The notes: generated by a model from the letters alone, not told the origin. Counted from the stretch's first letter, positions 29,510 through 40,816 are shown. The stretch is DNA of 64,000 nt from an uncultured Acidobacteriota bacterium (GCA_963813155.1 CAWEYG010000001.1:224001-288000), one strand, 5' to 3'. A program made the numbers and translations.

Positions 29510-31880
29510 ATGCCTCTCTCGCCGGGAGCACGCTTCGGTCCCTACGAAGTCCTTTCTCCACTCGGGACGGGCGGAATGGGAGAGGTGTATCGGGCACACG
29601 ACCCGAAGCTCGAGCGGGACGTCGCCTTGAAAGTTCTCCGGCCCGGAGAGGGAAGCGCGGCCTCGGCCGGAGGGCGCCTTCTGCGCGAGGCAAGGGCCGC
29701 TTCGGTTCTCAACCATCCCAACATCGCCACCATCTACGAGACCGGAGAAGCTCGCATCGACGGCGTGACGGTTCCTTACATCGCGATGGAGCTCGTCGAC
29801 GGGCCGACCCTGCAGGAATGGGCTCGAGACCGGCGGCGCGACACCGCGGAGGTCCTCGAAATCGCGATCCAGGTCGCCGGAGCGCTCGCGTTCGCCCACG
29901 CCCGGGGAGTCGTCCACCGGGACGTGAAGCCCTCAAATATCGTTCTTTCGAGCGACTTTCGCGTCAAGATCCTCGACTTCGGCCTTGCTCAGGTCACGCG
30001 TTCGGTCGATCCGTCGGCAACGACCGAGAGCTCCGGGGATTCCCCCGGCCCTGCGGGGACTCTCTCCTACATGGCGCCGGAACAGCTTCGCGGCCTGCCG
30101 GGCGACCCGCAGAGCGACGTGTTCGCGTCCGGCGTGGTCTTCTACGAGCTTCTCGCGGGACAGGCGCCGTTTTCCGGCCGGACGCCGGCCGAAGTCATCG
30201 ACGCGATCCTCCGGGAGGAGCCTCCTCCGCTCGCGCGGCTGGCCCCGGCGGCGCCGCCCGAGTTCTCGCGAATCGTCCGCAAGATGCTGCAGAAGAGCCG
30301 CGAGAAGAGATACGCGACGATGCAGGAGGTTTCCTTCGACCTCGCGTCGCTGCGCGAGAAGGTCGCGCACCGAGAGGCTTCGGCGCCGGCGGCCGTGGCT
30401 GTCATGACATTTTCCAACATCACCCGGGAACCGGACGACGACTGGCTCGGCACCGGAATCGCGGAAACCGTCTCGGCCGACCTCAAGGCTGTGCCCGGGG
30501 TCACGATCATCGGACGCGAGCGGGTCTCCGAGGTCCTGAGCCGGGCTTCCACGCGCGAACCGGCCGAAGAGATGTTCGTCGAAGCGGGAAGGCTCCTCGG
30601 CGCCCGGTGGATCGTCGCCGGAGGCTTTCAGCGGCAGGGCGACACCCTTCGCGTCACGGCGCGGTTCGTCGAGGTCTCGACCGGCTCGGTCCTTCGCACC
30701 GTCAAAATCGACGGACCTCTCGCAGAGATCTTCGCCCTGCAGGACAGGATCGTCGCCGATCTCTCCCGCGACCTGCGACTCGACCTCGACGACGCGCCCG
30801 AGTCCCGGCCGGCCGACATCGACGACACGCGCGTGATGGCCGCCTACGAAGCGTACAGCCGGGGTCTCATCAATGTCCGGGCCGCCAGCCGCGATTCTCT
30901 CGACCGCGCGATCCTCCTCTTCGAGAAGGCCGTGGAGCTCGACCCGGCCTACGTGAATGCCCTCCTGGCGCTGGGCTCGGCCTATTCCGACAAGGGGGAG
31001 TACCTCGGCGTCACCGAGCTCGGAGCCCGGTCGCTGGAGGTCTTTCGAAAGGCGGCCGAGCTTCGGCCCGATTCGGCGGTAGCCTGGCGGGGCATCGGAT
31101 CGGCGCTGCTGTTTCTCCGGAAGGACGACGAGGCCCTCGCGGCGTCCCGCCGGGCCTCCGAGCTCGCTCCCGACGACGCTCTCGTTCACTCGGGGCTCGC
31201 GCGCGTGTATTTCCTCGGCCAGGCGGATTTTCGCGCGGCGGCCTCCGAATACGAGAAGGCGATCGAGCTGAACCCGAACGCCGGGTGGGCGACCCTTCAG
31301 CTCGCCCACTGCCTCGCCCTCCTGTCGGACCTGGAAGGAGGCCGACGGGCGGCCGCCCGCGCGGTCGAGCTTCAGGCGCAGTTCCTTTCGGGGAAAGACG
31401 GGCTCTTCATCATCGGGGCGCACACCCGCATGGGACACCTGCTCGCGCTCGAAGGTCGGTACGCCGAAGCCGTCGTCGAGTTCGAAAGGGAGCTCGGCTT
31501 CCTGCGCGGGATCGACCACGCGCTCAAGGACCGTGCGCTCGTCGAGCTCGAACGCCCGGCTCGGGAGCGCGGAGCTTCGAAGCGGAAGAAGCCCGGCCGC
31601 GCTCGAGCATCTGTCGGCCGCGGTCGAAGGCTTCGAACGCCGGCTCCGAATCGGCGCCGGCGACCCGTTCACCGGCTATTACGCGGCCTGCGCGCTTGCG
31701 ATGCAGGGAGAGGCCGCGCGGGCGATCGACGCTCTCGAAGCCGCGGCCGCCGCGAGACCGGCGTACACGGTCGCGAGGGCCCGCCTCGACTCGGATTTCG
31801 AAGGGCTTCGCGGAGATCCGCGCTTTCAATCCCTGCTCGGGATGTGGCACGATCCGCGCCGTGGAAAAATTTCGGATTGA
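29510..31880 (+). CDS. Hanks-type Ser/Thr kinase with TolB-like and TPR domains (frameshift near 31550)
   Basis: GTGGMGEVY, VALK, HRDVKPSN, DFGLA, GTLSYMAPE; AVAVMTFSN TolB-like domain; TPRs finishing in ORF 31533-31880 (LRGDPRFQSLL). Confidence 0.9.
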
Positions 31881-33112
31881 AGGACCGACCCGCCTGCAGG
31901 GGTCCGTTCGCGTTTCCGGCGCGAAGAACGCCGCGCTGCCCGCATTCGCCGCCGCCCTTCTGACCAAGAGATCCCGTTCGGCTGACAACGTTCCGAGGGT
32001 CGCGGACCTTCGGACGATGGCGAAGCTGCTCGCTCACATCGGCGCGAAGAGTGTCGTTCGTCGACAGCGAGGCCGTGCTGGAGGCCGCCGAAATCCGGAC
32101 GCCCGAAGCGCCGTACGACCTCGTGAAGACGATGCGGGCTTCGGTGCTCGTCCTCGGCCCCCTGCTCGCCCGGATCGGACACGCGAAGGCCTCTCTCCCG
32201 GGCGGGTGCGCGATCGGCGTCCGCCCCATCAACCTTCACATCGCCGCGTTCGAAAAGCTCGGGGCCTCGGTCTCTCTCGAACACGGTGACGTCGAAGCGC
32301 GAGCGTCGCGCCTGAGGGGCGCGGATTTCTTCTTCGACCAGGTCTCCGTGACCGGCACCGAAAATGCGATGCTCGCCGCCGTCCTGGCCGCGGGAACGAC
32401 CCGGCTCGGCAACGCGGCGAGGGAACCGGAGGTCCAGGACCTCGCCCGGCTCCTGACGAAGATGGGCGCGAGGATCTCCGGAGCCGGCGACAGCGAGATC
32501 GTCATCGAGGGGGTCGAGCGGCTGCACGGCGCCGAGCACTCGATCCTCGCGGACCGGATCGAGGCTGGGACCTATGCGGCGGCGGCCGCCGCGACGGGCG
32601 GGGACGTCGAGATCGAAAGCGCGGACGCCGCGGCGCTTTCCGCTCCGCTCGCAAAGCTGCGTGAAATGGGGGCCGACGTCCACATTTGCGACGATGGATT
32701 TCGGGTCCGCGCCCCGGGAGCCCTTCGCGCCTCGGACGTGACGACCGCTCCCTATCCGGGGTTTCCGACCGATCTGCAGGCGCAATTCATGGCGCTGGCG
32801 ACGCGCGCGGCCGGAGTTTCGGCCGTGACGGAGAACATCTTCGAAAATCGATTTCAGCACGTTCCCGAACTGGCCCGCATGGGAGCGAGGATTTCGGTCG
32901 ATGGCCACTGTTCCTCGGTCGAGGGACCGTCGCCGCTCCTCGGTGCCTCCGTCATGGCGACCGACCTGCGCGCGTCCGCTTCGCTCGTGATCGCGGGACT
33001 GATGGCGGAGGGAACGACCATGGTCGACCGGATCTACCACCTCGACCGGGGATACGACCGGATGGAGGAGAAATTGAACGCGCTCGGCGCGAAGATCGAG
33101 AGGATCCGATGA
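31861..33112 (+). CDS. murA: UDP-N-acetylglucosamine 1-carboxyvinyltransferase (indels near 31970-32050)
   Basis: [29 protein letters not shown] (catalytic Cys), [28 protein letters not shown]. Confidence 0.95.
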
Positions 33113-33441
33113 GCGAGTGCCTCTTCTGCAAGATCGTGCGGGGGGAGATTCCGAGCCGCAAAATCGCGGAAGACGACGACGTCTTCGCCTTCGAAGACAT
33201 CGCCCCGCGGGCACCGACGCACATCCTCGTCGTGCCGAAGGAACACCTCGACGGGATCGCCGCCGCGACGGACGCCGCGGCCCTGGGAAAGGTCTTTCTC
33301 GCGGCCGCGCGAATCGCGAAGGATCGGGGACTGGAGGACTACCGGCTCGTCGTGAACAATGGCGAAAAGGCGGGCCAGTCGGTCTTTCACTTCCACGTGC
33401 ACGTGCTGGCCGGCCGGCCGTTCTCCTGGCCGCCCGGCTAG
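33109..33441 (+). CDS. Histidine triad (HINT) nucleotide-binding protein
   Basis: MSECLFCKI...[16 protein letters not shown]. Confidence 0.92.
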   Translation: MSECLFCKIVRGEIPSRKIAEDDDVFAFEDIAPRAPTHILVVPKEHLDGIAAATDAAALGKVFLAAARIAKDRGLEDYRLVVNNGEKAGQSVFHFHVHVLAGRPFSWPPG

Positions 33442-33448
33442 CCGGCTG

Positions 33449-34147
33449 CTAGGGGCTTGCCGGCAATTTGATCTTTCGCCGGTTTTCGAACGCAGGGACT
33501 TCGGAGTAAACGGTAATTCGCGCTTTTTCCCTCAGGTCTTTCGTCCACTTGTCGACCTCTTCCGACGTGCGGCGCGCCCGAAGCTCGTCGCGGACCTCCT
33601 CCTCCGCCGAGGACAGAGGCGGAACCGGCCGGCCCGCGCGACGATACTCTTCGGAGAACGCCCCTTCGTATTCCGCTTGAAGGTCCTCCGCCGAGATGAA
33701 GGCGAGCGCGGAAAACCGCTCGCGGACGTACTGGGAAACCACCATCTGCTTTTCGATCGAAGCACGCACCTCTTCGATCGTCATCCCCGCGGCCCGAAAT
33801 TCACGGTCGGGGTCTTTCCCCTCGGATTGCAGTCTCTGCCGAAGCTTACGGAGGGCTTCATCGACGGCGGCCGCATCCGGAGACGCCGGCGCGAATCGCA
33901 AAGCATCGCGGTAGCGAAGGTAATCGTCGATCATTTCGGAAAGAACCCGGTCGCGGAACTGCATCTCGCTCTCCGCGGCAGATTGCGTGATGCCGGCCGT
34001 CAGAATCGTCCGTCTCACCTCGGATTCCGTGATCGCGCGGCCGTCGACGGTCGCCGCGACCCGGTCGAGAATCGCGGCTCGCGACAGGCTCGCCGCGAAA
34101 AGAACGGCGGAGGCCGCCATGGCCCTCCCGAGCCTCGTTGTCCTCAT
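33449..34147 (-). CDS. SurA N-terminal-domain periplasmic chaperone-like protein
   Basis: Signal peptide; LDRVAATVDGRAITESEV; C-terminal WTKDLREKARI. Confidence 0.75.
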   Translation of the reverse strand: MRTTRLGRAMAASAVLFAASLSRAAILDRVAATVDGRAITESEVRRTILTAGITQSAAESEMQFRDRVLSEMIDDYLRYRDALRFAPASPDAAAVDEALRKLRQRLQSEGKDPDREFRAAGMTIEEVRASIEKQMVVSQYVRERFSALAFISAEDLQAEYEGAFSEEYRRAGRPVPPLSSAEEEVRDELRARRTSEEVDKWTKDLREKARITVYSEVPAFENRRKIKLPASP

Positions 34148-34173
34148 CGGCCGATTTTATCTATTCTTGGAGG

Positions 34174-35019
34174 GTGCCGGACACGGGAAAGCTCTTCGTC
34201 GTTGCCACCCCGATCGGAAATCTCGAGGATCTGTCGCCCCGCGCCATCTCCACGCTGCGCGGCGTCTCGGCGATCTTCTGCGAGGACACGCGAGTGACGG
34301 GAAAACTCTCGGCGCGCTTCGGGTTCGACGCCCCGAGATTCTCCTGCCACGAGCACAACGAGGCCGCGCGCGTCGGCGAGCTCCTCGACCGGCTCTCCCG
34401 TGGCGAGGACGTCGCGTACGTCTCCGACGCCGGAACGCCCGGCGTGTCCGATCCAGGACGGCGTCTGGTCGCCGGCGCGGCGGGGGCCGGATACGAAGTC
34501 CGCGTCGTGCCGGGGCCCTCCGCGGCGGTCTCCGCGCTGGCCGTCTCCGGGTTGCCCGGCGTTCCGCACCTGTTCCTCGGCTTCCCTCCCTCCCGGCGCG
34601 GCCCGCGCCGGGCCTTCTTCGAGCGCCTTCGGGACCGCGCCGAGACGCTCGTTTTCTTCGAGGCGCCCCACCGGCTCGCGGCCTCCCTCGCAGACGCGGC
34701 CGAAACGCTCGGCGAGCGAGCTGCCGCGGTGGGCCGGGAGCTGACGAAGATCCACGAAGAGGTGGTCCGGGGAAGCCTTGGCGAGCTTGCGCGAGGGTTC
34801 GCGACCGGGCCGGTCCGGGGCGAGTGCGTCGTCGTCGTCGAGGGAGCTTCGCCCGCCGAAAAAGCGCACGGCCAGCCGACGGACGACGAGATCGACGCGG
34901 AGCTCGCGTCGCTCGCCGCGCAGGGCCTCAGCGCGCGAGAGCGCGCCAAGGTGGTGGCGCGAAAGACGGGAGTGCCGTCGCGCGACGTCTACGCGAGAAT
35001 CCTCCGCGAAAAAGAGTAG
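34174..35019 (+). CDS. rsmI: 16S rRNA (cytidine1402-2'-O)-methyltransferase
   Basis: LFVVATPIGNLEDLS, CEDTR, SDAGTPGVSDPG, RELTKIHEE. Confidence 0.95.
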   Translation: MPDTGKLFVVATPIGNLEDLSPRAISTLRGVSAIFCEDTRVTGKLSARFGFDAPRFSCHEHNEAARVGELLDRLSRGEDVAYVSDAGTPGVSDPGRRLVAGAAGAGYEVRVVPGPSAAVSALAVSGLPGVPHLFLGFPPSRRGPRRAFFERLRDRAETLVFFEAPHRLAASLADAAETLGERAAAVGRELTKIHEEVVRGSLGELARGFATGPVRGECVVVVEGASPAEKAHGQPTDDEIDAELASLAAQGLSARERAKVVARKTGVPSRDVYARILREKE

Positions 35020-35021
35020 GC

Positions 35022-36641
35022 CTACGGGACCTCGGGAAGCATCGGGGCGAGCAGCCAGTTGAAGTCCGCTTCGAGCCGGAGCTCGCCTTGGCGCCGGGCG
35101 TCCGCGATCAACAGGTCGCGGATCGACTCCCTCTCCTGGCCGACTCGCGCCGCCTCTCGCCAGACGCGGTAGCCGCCCGCCCCGGCGGCCCGATACGAGT
35201 TGAGAGCCACCGTGAAGGAATCGCCGTCGGAGACGCCTTTTTCGGCTCGGCGAAGGTAGAGCAACCGGTCTCCCGCGGGCCTCGTGGGGTCGATCGCGTA
35301 GTCAGCTCCCGCGAGGGTGTCGCAATTGAAATAGAACACGTCGGAGCCGCGCTTCCAGGCAAACCCTCCGTCGGCAGCCTGGAGGCCCGAGAAGCATCCG
35401 GCCGCCCTCTCCAGCGCCGAACGCACCTGGCTGCCGCTCGCGCGCACGGTCACGAGCGAATTCTCGTACGGGTAGAACCTCCAAACGTCCCGGATCGTCA
35501 GGGGACCGGCTTTCCAATCGGGAAGCCGAGCCGCCAGGATCGAAGAAAAGGAGAGGTCCGCTCCCGTCGCTTCGCGCTGGACCCGGTGAACCCAGTCGAG
35601 CGCCGCGTTGTCGGACGACCGGAGGAAGCGAAACGAAACCGGCGCCCGGAGGCGCGCGATCGTCGTGGAGAGGGTCTCCTCGACGCGGCGGACGTCTTCC
35701 GCGACGAGACGAAGAATTTCGCCGTCCGGCTCCGTTCCCTTCATCGGAAGATTCTCCCCTCCGATCGAAGCGATCCTCCCCTTCTCGATCTCCAGGTCGT
35801 ATCGCGTCAGGAAATTGCCGTAGCGGCCCGGGATGGAGACCCAGACCTTTCCGATCCGCCGCGGTGGAAGGTTCTCGTGGGAGTGGCCTGCCAGGAGGAT
35901 GTCGATCCCGTCGACGCCGGTCGCGAGGGCCCAGCCGCGATTCTCGGCCGCCCACACGGGATCCGGCGGCCTTCCGGCCCCGAGATCGCGCTCGAAGCCC
36001 TGGTGAGTGAGCACGATCACGATCCCGCAGCGCTCGCGGCCGCGAAGGATCGGAACGTATTTCCGCGCAGTCTCGACCGTGTCGAGGAAATGCAGCCGCC
36101 CCAGATGCGAGGGGGACTCCCAGCTCGGCACCGCCGAGACGGTCAGGCCGAGCACGCCGATCCGAACGCCCGCGCGCTCGAAAATCGCGAACGGCCGAAA
36201 GACCGGCATGCCCTTTTCGTCGACGATGTTGGCGGATAGAAACGGAAACCGGGCGTCCCGGCGCGCCCTTTCGAGGACGTCGAGACCGAAATCGAACTCG
36301 TGGTTGCCGACGCACATGGCGTCGTAGCCCGCGCCGTTCATGGCGCGAATCGTCGGGTCGCCGGACCGGCCCGCGCGGGCGTGCAGGGCCTCGAGGGGCG
36401 TCCCTTCGATCGTGTCGCCCGAGTCCAGGAGAAGCACGGGATTTCCTTCGGACCGGATCGCGGCGACCCGCGAAGCGACGCGAGCGAGCCCCTCGCCGAG
36501 GTCCTGGCCGGCCAGCTCGTCCTGCGGCTCGACGTGGCCGTGCAGGTCCGACGTCGCGAGGATCGTGACATGCGCCCCTCGCGCGAGCGAAGCCCCGACG
36601 ATCGAAAACCCGGCGAGGAGCAAGCGAGCCCGAAACCGCAT
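35022..36641 (-). CDS. Secreted bifunctional metallophosphatase/5'-nucleotidase (CpdB/UshA family)
   Basis: ATSDLHG, DSGDTIEG, GNHEFDFG, LSANI, LAGHSH, YPYENSL. Confidence 0.9.
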   Translation of the reverse strand: MRFRARLLLAGFSIVGASLARGAHVTILATSDLHGHVEPQDELAGQDLGEGLARVASRVAAIRSEGNPVLLLDSGDTIEGTPLEALHARAGRSGDPTIRAMNGAGYDAMCVGNHEFDFGLDVLERARRDARFPFLSANIVDEKGMPVFRPFAIFERAGVRIGVLGLTVSAVPSWESPSHLGRLHFLDTVETARKYVPILRGRERCGIVIVLTHQGFERDLGAGRPPDPVWAAENRGWALATGVDGIDILLAGHSHENLPPRRIGKVWVSIPGRYGNFLTRYDLEIEKGRIASIGGENLPMKGTEPDGEILRLVAEDVRRVEETLSTTIARLRAPVSFRFLRSSDNAALDWVHRVQREATGADLSFSSILAARLPDWKAGPLTIRDVWRFYPYENSLVTVRASGSQVRSALERAAGCFSGLQAADGGFAWKRGSDVFYFNCDTLAGADYAIDPTRPAGDRLLYLRRAEKGVSDGDSFTVALNSYRAAGAGGYRVWREAARVGQERESIRDLLIADARRQGELRLEADFNWLLAPMLPEVP

Positions 36642-36672
36642 CCGCGTCGGAGCTTAACGGTAGAATCGCGGC

Positions 36673-37341
36673 GTGCCAAGAGAATCCGCGGCCGCCCGGC
36701 AGAAGCGCGCGAAGGAAATCGTTCGACGTCTCGCGAAAGAGTATCCGGACGCTCGCTGCTGGCTCAACTACCGAAACCCCTTCGAGCTTTTCGTCGCGAC
36801 CGTGCTCTCCGCGCAGTGCACGGACACGAGGGTCAACGAGGTCACGAAGACGCTGTTTCGGAAATACCGGACTCCCTCGGACTACTCCGGCGCGCCCCCG
36901 GGACAACTCGAGGCCGACATCCGCCCGACGGGGTTTTTCAACAGCAAAGGGAGAAGCCTCCGCCGCGCGACGGCGATGATCCAGAAAGAATTCGGCGGGC
37001 GGCTTCCCGAATCCGAAGAGGACCTCCTGAAGCTCCCCGGCGTCGGGAGGAAAACCGCAAACGTCATCCGCGGCAACGCGTTTCACGAGCCCGCCGGAAT
37101 GGTCGTCGACACGCACGTCGGCCGCCTCGCTCGCCGGCTCGGTCTGACCCGCGAGGAAGACCCCGTCAAGGTCGAGAGCGACCTGAACGAGCTTGTCCCC
37201 GCCGCCGAGCGCACGATGCTCGCGCATCGCCTGATCGAGCACGGGCGGAAAGTCTGCACCGCCCGAAGAGCGCGCTGCGAAACGTGCGCCCTGGCCGACC
37301 TCTGCCCCAAAGTCGGTGTTTCGCTGCGGGCCGCCGGATAG
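36673..37341 (+). CDS. nth: Endonuclease III
   Basis: LSAQCTD, HhH LPGVGRKTANV, VDTHVGR, and 4Fe-4S motif C-X6-C-X2-C-X5-C. Confidence 0.95.
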   Translation: MPRESAAARQKRAKEIVRRLAKEYPDARCWLNYRNPFELFVATVLSAQCTDTRVNEVTKTLFRKYRTPSDYSGAPPGQLEADIRPTGFFNSKGRSLRRATAMIQKEFGGRLPESEEDLLKLPGVGRKTANVIRGNAFHEPAGMVVDTHVGRLARRLGLTREEDPVKVESDLNELVPAAERTMLAHRLIEHGRKVCTARRARCETCALADLCPKVGVSLRAAG

Positions 37342-37363
37342 CCCCGGGGAACTCGACGAAGCC

Positions 37364-38338
37364 CTATTTCGGGTTCACGTAGACGACGACGTTCAGGTAG
37401 GCCGGGACCGGGCGGCCGTCGCGGAGGGCAGGCTTGTACTTCCATCGGAGGAGGGCCGCGACGATCGGCCGCTCCAGCCCGGGAGGCCCGTGCGGCGAGA
37501 TTCGAACGGACGCCACGTCGCCGCTCTCGGTGATCACCGCTTGCGCCGTGAACGGGCCCTCGGAACGCAGGTTTCGGCGGAGCGACTCGGACAGGACCGG
37601 CTCCACGCGACGGAGCAGAACGGGAGGAACGGTGGCGGCCGCCGCGGTCTCGTCGCGAAGCGTCGAGGGCGTTTCGGCCAAGGCTCCGTCGGGCTTGCCG
37701 GAGAGCGCGCCGGCGGGCGCCGGGGAGGGCTCGCTGGTCGGCGGCTCCGGCCGCGCGGCAGCGGCCACGCGGTCCCCCGATTTCTCGGCGCGCGCCGGCG
37801 CCTCCGCCGGCTCGGGCGGGGCTGCTCCCGCATCCGGAGCGAATTTTCCGGTCGGGGCCGAGGCGGGCCGGGGACGATCGGCCCTCTGCTGCGGCACCGC
37901 CTCTTCGTCCGGCAATTTCGGCTCTTCCGAGGGCGAGACGGACGTCGGCCGGGTCTCGGCAACCATCGACACGGGGGCCGGGTGCGAACGGGAGGAGCGA
38001 AAGCTGTAGAGCGAGAGCACTCCCACGAGGCACGTCGCGACGACGCTGGTCCACAGGAGATCGATTTCGAGCCGAATGTAGCGAACGGGAGGTCGCCACC
38101 GCAGCCTCGCGTCCAGCCGCCGCGCGATCCTCTCGGCGAGCGCCGGATCGGCCGGCTCCTCCCGCGCCTGCCGGTAGAGGGCCAGGACCGCCTCGAACTC
38201 CGCCTCGGCGGAGGAGCACTCGGAGCATTCCGCGGAGTGGAGCTCGTATTCGCGGCGCTCGGCCGCCGTCAACTCGCCGTCGTGCAGGCGGGACAGAAAC
38301 CCGATGGAGCGGGTCGGATGAGCGGCGGCATGTCTCAA
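37364..38338 (-). CDS. Zinc anti-sigma (zf-HC2) fused via TM and a Pro-rich linker to a TonB C-terminal domain
   Basis: LSRLHDGEL...HSAECSEC; one TM; WKYKPALRDGRPVP. TTG start overlaps the sigma stop. Confidence 0.75.
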   Translation of the reverse strand: MRHAAAHPTRSIGFLSRLHDGELTAAERREYELHSAECSECSSAEAEFEAVLALYRQAREEPADPALAERIARRLDARLRWRPPVRYIRLEIDLLWTSVVATCLVGVLSLYSFRSSRSHPAPVSMVAETRPTSVSPSEEPKLPDEEAVPQQRADRPRPASAPTGKFAPDAGAAPPEPAEAPARAEKSGDRVAAAARPEPPTSEPSPAPAGALSGKPDGALAETPSTLRDETAAAATVPPVLLRRVEPVLSESLRRNLRSEGPFTAQAVITESGDVASVRISPHGPPGLERPIVAALLRWKYKPALRDGRPVPAYLNVVVYVNPK

Positions 38339-38907
38339 GAGCGCCCCTTTGGCCGCGAGAGGACCGGGGCGAGTATCTCCTTGAGCCGCCCGCGTCCCCG
38401 CGCGATACGAGATTTTACAGTACCCACCGGCAGTCCAAGGGACACCGCGATCTCCTCGTAGTTCCACCCGTCGAGGTCCCGAAGGATGACCGGCATTCGA
38501 AACTCTTCGGGAAGGTGCCGGAGCGCTTCCGAAACGAACCGGCGCGATTCCTCCGCCGAGGCGTCCGCCTCCGGGTCCTCGCGGGCGGGCGGCTCCACGC
38601 GATCCAATGCCGGAGCCGGGGAAAAAACCCGGCGAAACCTTCCCCGAAACCGATATCGGTTCTTGACGGCGTTGTGCGCGATCGCCGCGAGCCACGCGCG
38701 CGCCGGCGCGTCGCCCCGATATCCCCCGAGACCGCGAAACGCGCGAAAGAAGATTTCCTGCGCCAGGTCTTCCGCGTCCTCGACTCCGACCGCCCGAACC
38801 ATCCATCCAAACACGCTGGCGGAGTGACGCGCGACGAACTCGTCGAACGCGCGATGATCTCCCCGTCGCGCGCGAAGCAGGAGCTCTTCGTCCGAGTTTT
38901 CTTTCAA
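38335..38907 (-). CDS. ECF RNA polymerase sigma factor
   Basis: DAEDLAQEIF, WLAAIAHN, LPEEFR...YEEIA...GTVKSRIARGR. Confidence 0.93.
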   Translation of the reverse strand: MKENSDEELLLRARRGDHRAFDEFVARHSASVFGWMVRAVGVEDAEDLAQEIFFRAFRGLGGYRGDAPARAWLAAIAHNAVKNRYRFRGRFRRVFSPAPALDRVEPPAREDPEADASAEESRRFVSEALRHLPEEFRMPVILRDLDGWNYEEIAVSLGLPVGTVKSRIARGRGRLKEILAPVLSRPKGRS

Positions 38908-39180
38908 CCTCTTGTCCGTTCGGGACTTCGCGGAATTTCCGCCGGGTCATCGGAAAACCCTGTGAAAAACCTGCGGATTGAGCTCGAAAACCGCGGCCAA
39001 TCGGCCTCTGAGTTCGATTTGCACTCGTTCTTGTGCTGAACGAAAAGCCCCGTGTTTTCAGCCAGCGAGGCCCGTGGCCCGCGAAACCTCAACGAATTCC
39101 GCCCACGAGCCGGGTGTCGAGTTTTTTTTCCACACGTTCCGGCCTTTTCTTTCTTCAAGTTACTTCGCCGCCAAGGCGAT

Positions 39181-40770
39181 TCACGATCCGAATTCGCCGT
39201 AGACCGTCTTGAGACCCGCGACGATTTCGCCGAGAGTGGCGCCCGCGTCGACGCATCGAACGATGCCTGGCATCAAGTTGCGATCCTCCCTCGCGTCGCG
39301 AATCAGCGAGGATACGGTAGCTCCGGATTTTTTCGCGTCGCGACTCGCCCGGAAAGCCGCGAGCCTCGCGAGTTGGTCTCGCTCGACGGCCGGATCGGCC
39401 GAGTGGAGCGCGGGTGCGACCCCCTCGGTCTCCGCGTAGGCGTTCACGCCCACGACGATGCGCGACTTTTCTTCCACCTCGCGCTGAGCCCGGAAAGCCG
39501 CCTCCTCGATCCGGCGCGCGAAGAAGCCGGAGTCGATCGCCGCGAGCGCGCCCCCGAGGGAGTCGATCTTTTCGATCAGGACCTTTGCGCGGTCGTGGAT
39601 TTCACGAGTCCATCCTTCCACGAGGTACGACCCTCCCAGCGGGTCGACCGTGTCGGCGACGCCGGATTCTTCCGCGATCACCTGCTGGGTGCGCAGAGCG
39701 AGCTTCGCCGAGGACTCCGTCGGGAGGGCGAGAGCCTCGTCGAACGCGTTCGTGTGGAGCGATTGGGCTCCGCCCAGCACGGCCGACAGCGCTTCGAGGG
39801 TCGTTCGCACGATGTTGACCTCGGGCTGTTGCGCCGTCAGGGTCGAACCGGCCGTCTGGGCGTGAAACCGCATCGTCCACGATCGAGGATTTTTCGCGCC
39901 GAACCGGTCCCGCACGATCTCCGCCCAGAGCCAGCGCGCGGCCCGGAATTTCGCGACTTCCTCGAAAAAATTCGAGTGTGCGTTGAAGAAGAACGAGAGG
40001 CGCGGAGCGAAATCGTCGATCTCCAGGCCTCTCGCGAGCGCCGCTTCGACGTAGGCGACCCCGTTGGCCAGAGTGAAAGCGACTTCCTCGACCGCGGTCG
40101 AGCCCGCCTCGCGGATGTGATACCCCGAAATCGAGATCGTGTTCCAGCGCGGGACAGAATCCCGGCAGAACTCGAAGAGGTCGGTCGCGATCTTCATCGA
40201 GGGTTTCGGCGGAAACACGTAGGTGCCCCGGGCGATGAATTCCTTGAGGATGTCGTTCTGAACCGTGCCCGAGAGATCGCCCCAGTCGATCCCCCGCCGG
40301 CGCGCCGCCGTCAGGTAGAGCGCAAGCAGGATCGCTGCGGTCGAGTTGATCGTCATGGATACCGAAATCCGGTCGAGCGGCAGGCCCGCCGTCAGAATTT
40401 CCATGTCTTCGAGCGTCGAGATCGCGACTCCGACCTTTCCGACCTCTCCCCGGGCGAGCGGGTCGTCCGAATCGAGGCCGATCTGCGTCGGGAGGTCGAA
40501 CGCGATCGAGAGGCCGGTTTGCCCGCGTTCCAGGAGAAAACGGTAGCGGGCGTTCGATTCCCTCGCGCTTCCGAACCCGGCGTACTGCCGCATCGTCCAC
40601 AGGCGCGAACGGTAGCCGTCGGGCGAGATTCCGCGCGCAAACGGGTACTCCCCGGGCCGGCCGGCTTCGGAGGCCTCCGCGGCCGTGTAGACGGGCAGAA
40701 TGGGAATCTCGGACGACGTCGCGGCCGCGACCGTCCGTCCTGGTTTCCTTTCGCGCGGGGTGTCCGCCAC
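39181..40770 (-). CDS. Methylmalonyl-CoA mutase, substrate-binding large subunit (no B12-binding domain)
   Basis: [57 protein letters not shown]. Confidence 0.9.
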   Translation of the reverse strand: MADTPRERKPGRTVAAATSSEIPILPVYTAAEASEAGRPGEYPFARGISPDGYRSRLWTMRQYAGFGSARESNARYRFLLERGQTGLSIAFDLPTQIGLDSDDPLARGEVGKVGVAISTLEDMEILTAGLPLDRISVSMTINSTAAILLALYLTAARRRGIDWGDLSGTVQNDILKEFIARGTYVFPPKPSMKIATDLFEFCRDSVPRWNTISISGYHIREAGSTAVEEVAFTLANGVAYVEAALARGLEIDDFAPRLSFFFNAHSNFFEEVAKFRAARWLWAEIVRDRFGAKNPRSWTMRFHAQTAGSTLTAQQPEVNIVRTTLEALSAVLGGAQSLHTNAFDEALALPTESSAKLALRTQQVIAEESGVADTVDPLGGSYLVEGWTREIHDRAKVLIEKIDSLGGALAAIDSGFFARRIEEAAFRAQREVEEKSRIVVGVNAYAETEGVAPALHSADPAVERDQLARLAAFRASRDAKKSGATVSSLIRDAREDRNLMPGIVRCVDAGATLGEIVAGLKTVYGEFGS

Positions 40771-40816
40771 GCGACGATTCTAGCGTGGATCATTCGGTCT
40801 GATAGAATTCGAACGC

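Noticed and set aside
31861-33112. murA (and manC, pgpA, dnaJ, kinase) as pseudogenes or programmed frameshifts
   Set aside because: Motifs are intact, murA is normally essential, a compensating indel pair is visible near 31970, and I saw no slippery sites; sequencing error is more parsimonious.
38904-39180. 84-aa ORF and DnaA-box-like words (TTTTCCACA, TGTGAAAAA) upstream of the ECF sigma gene
   Set aside because: The ORF has no protein-like features, and two imperfect boxes without dnaA or an AT-rich unwinding region do not support an origin.
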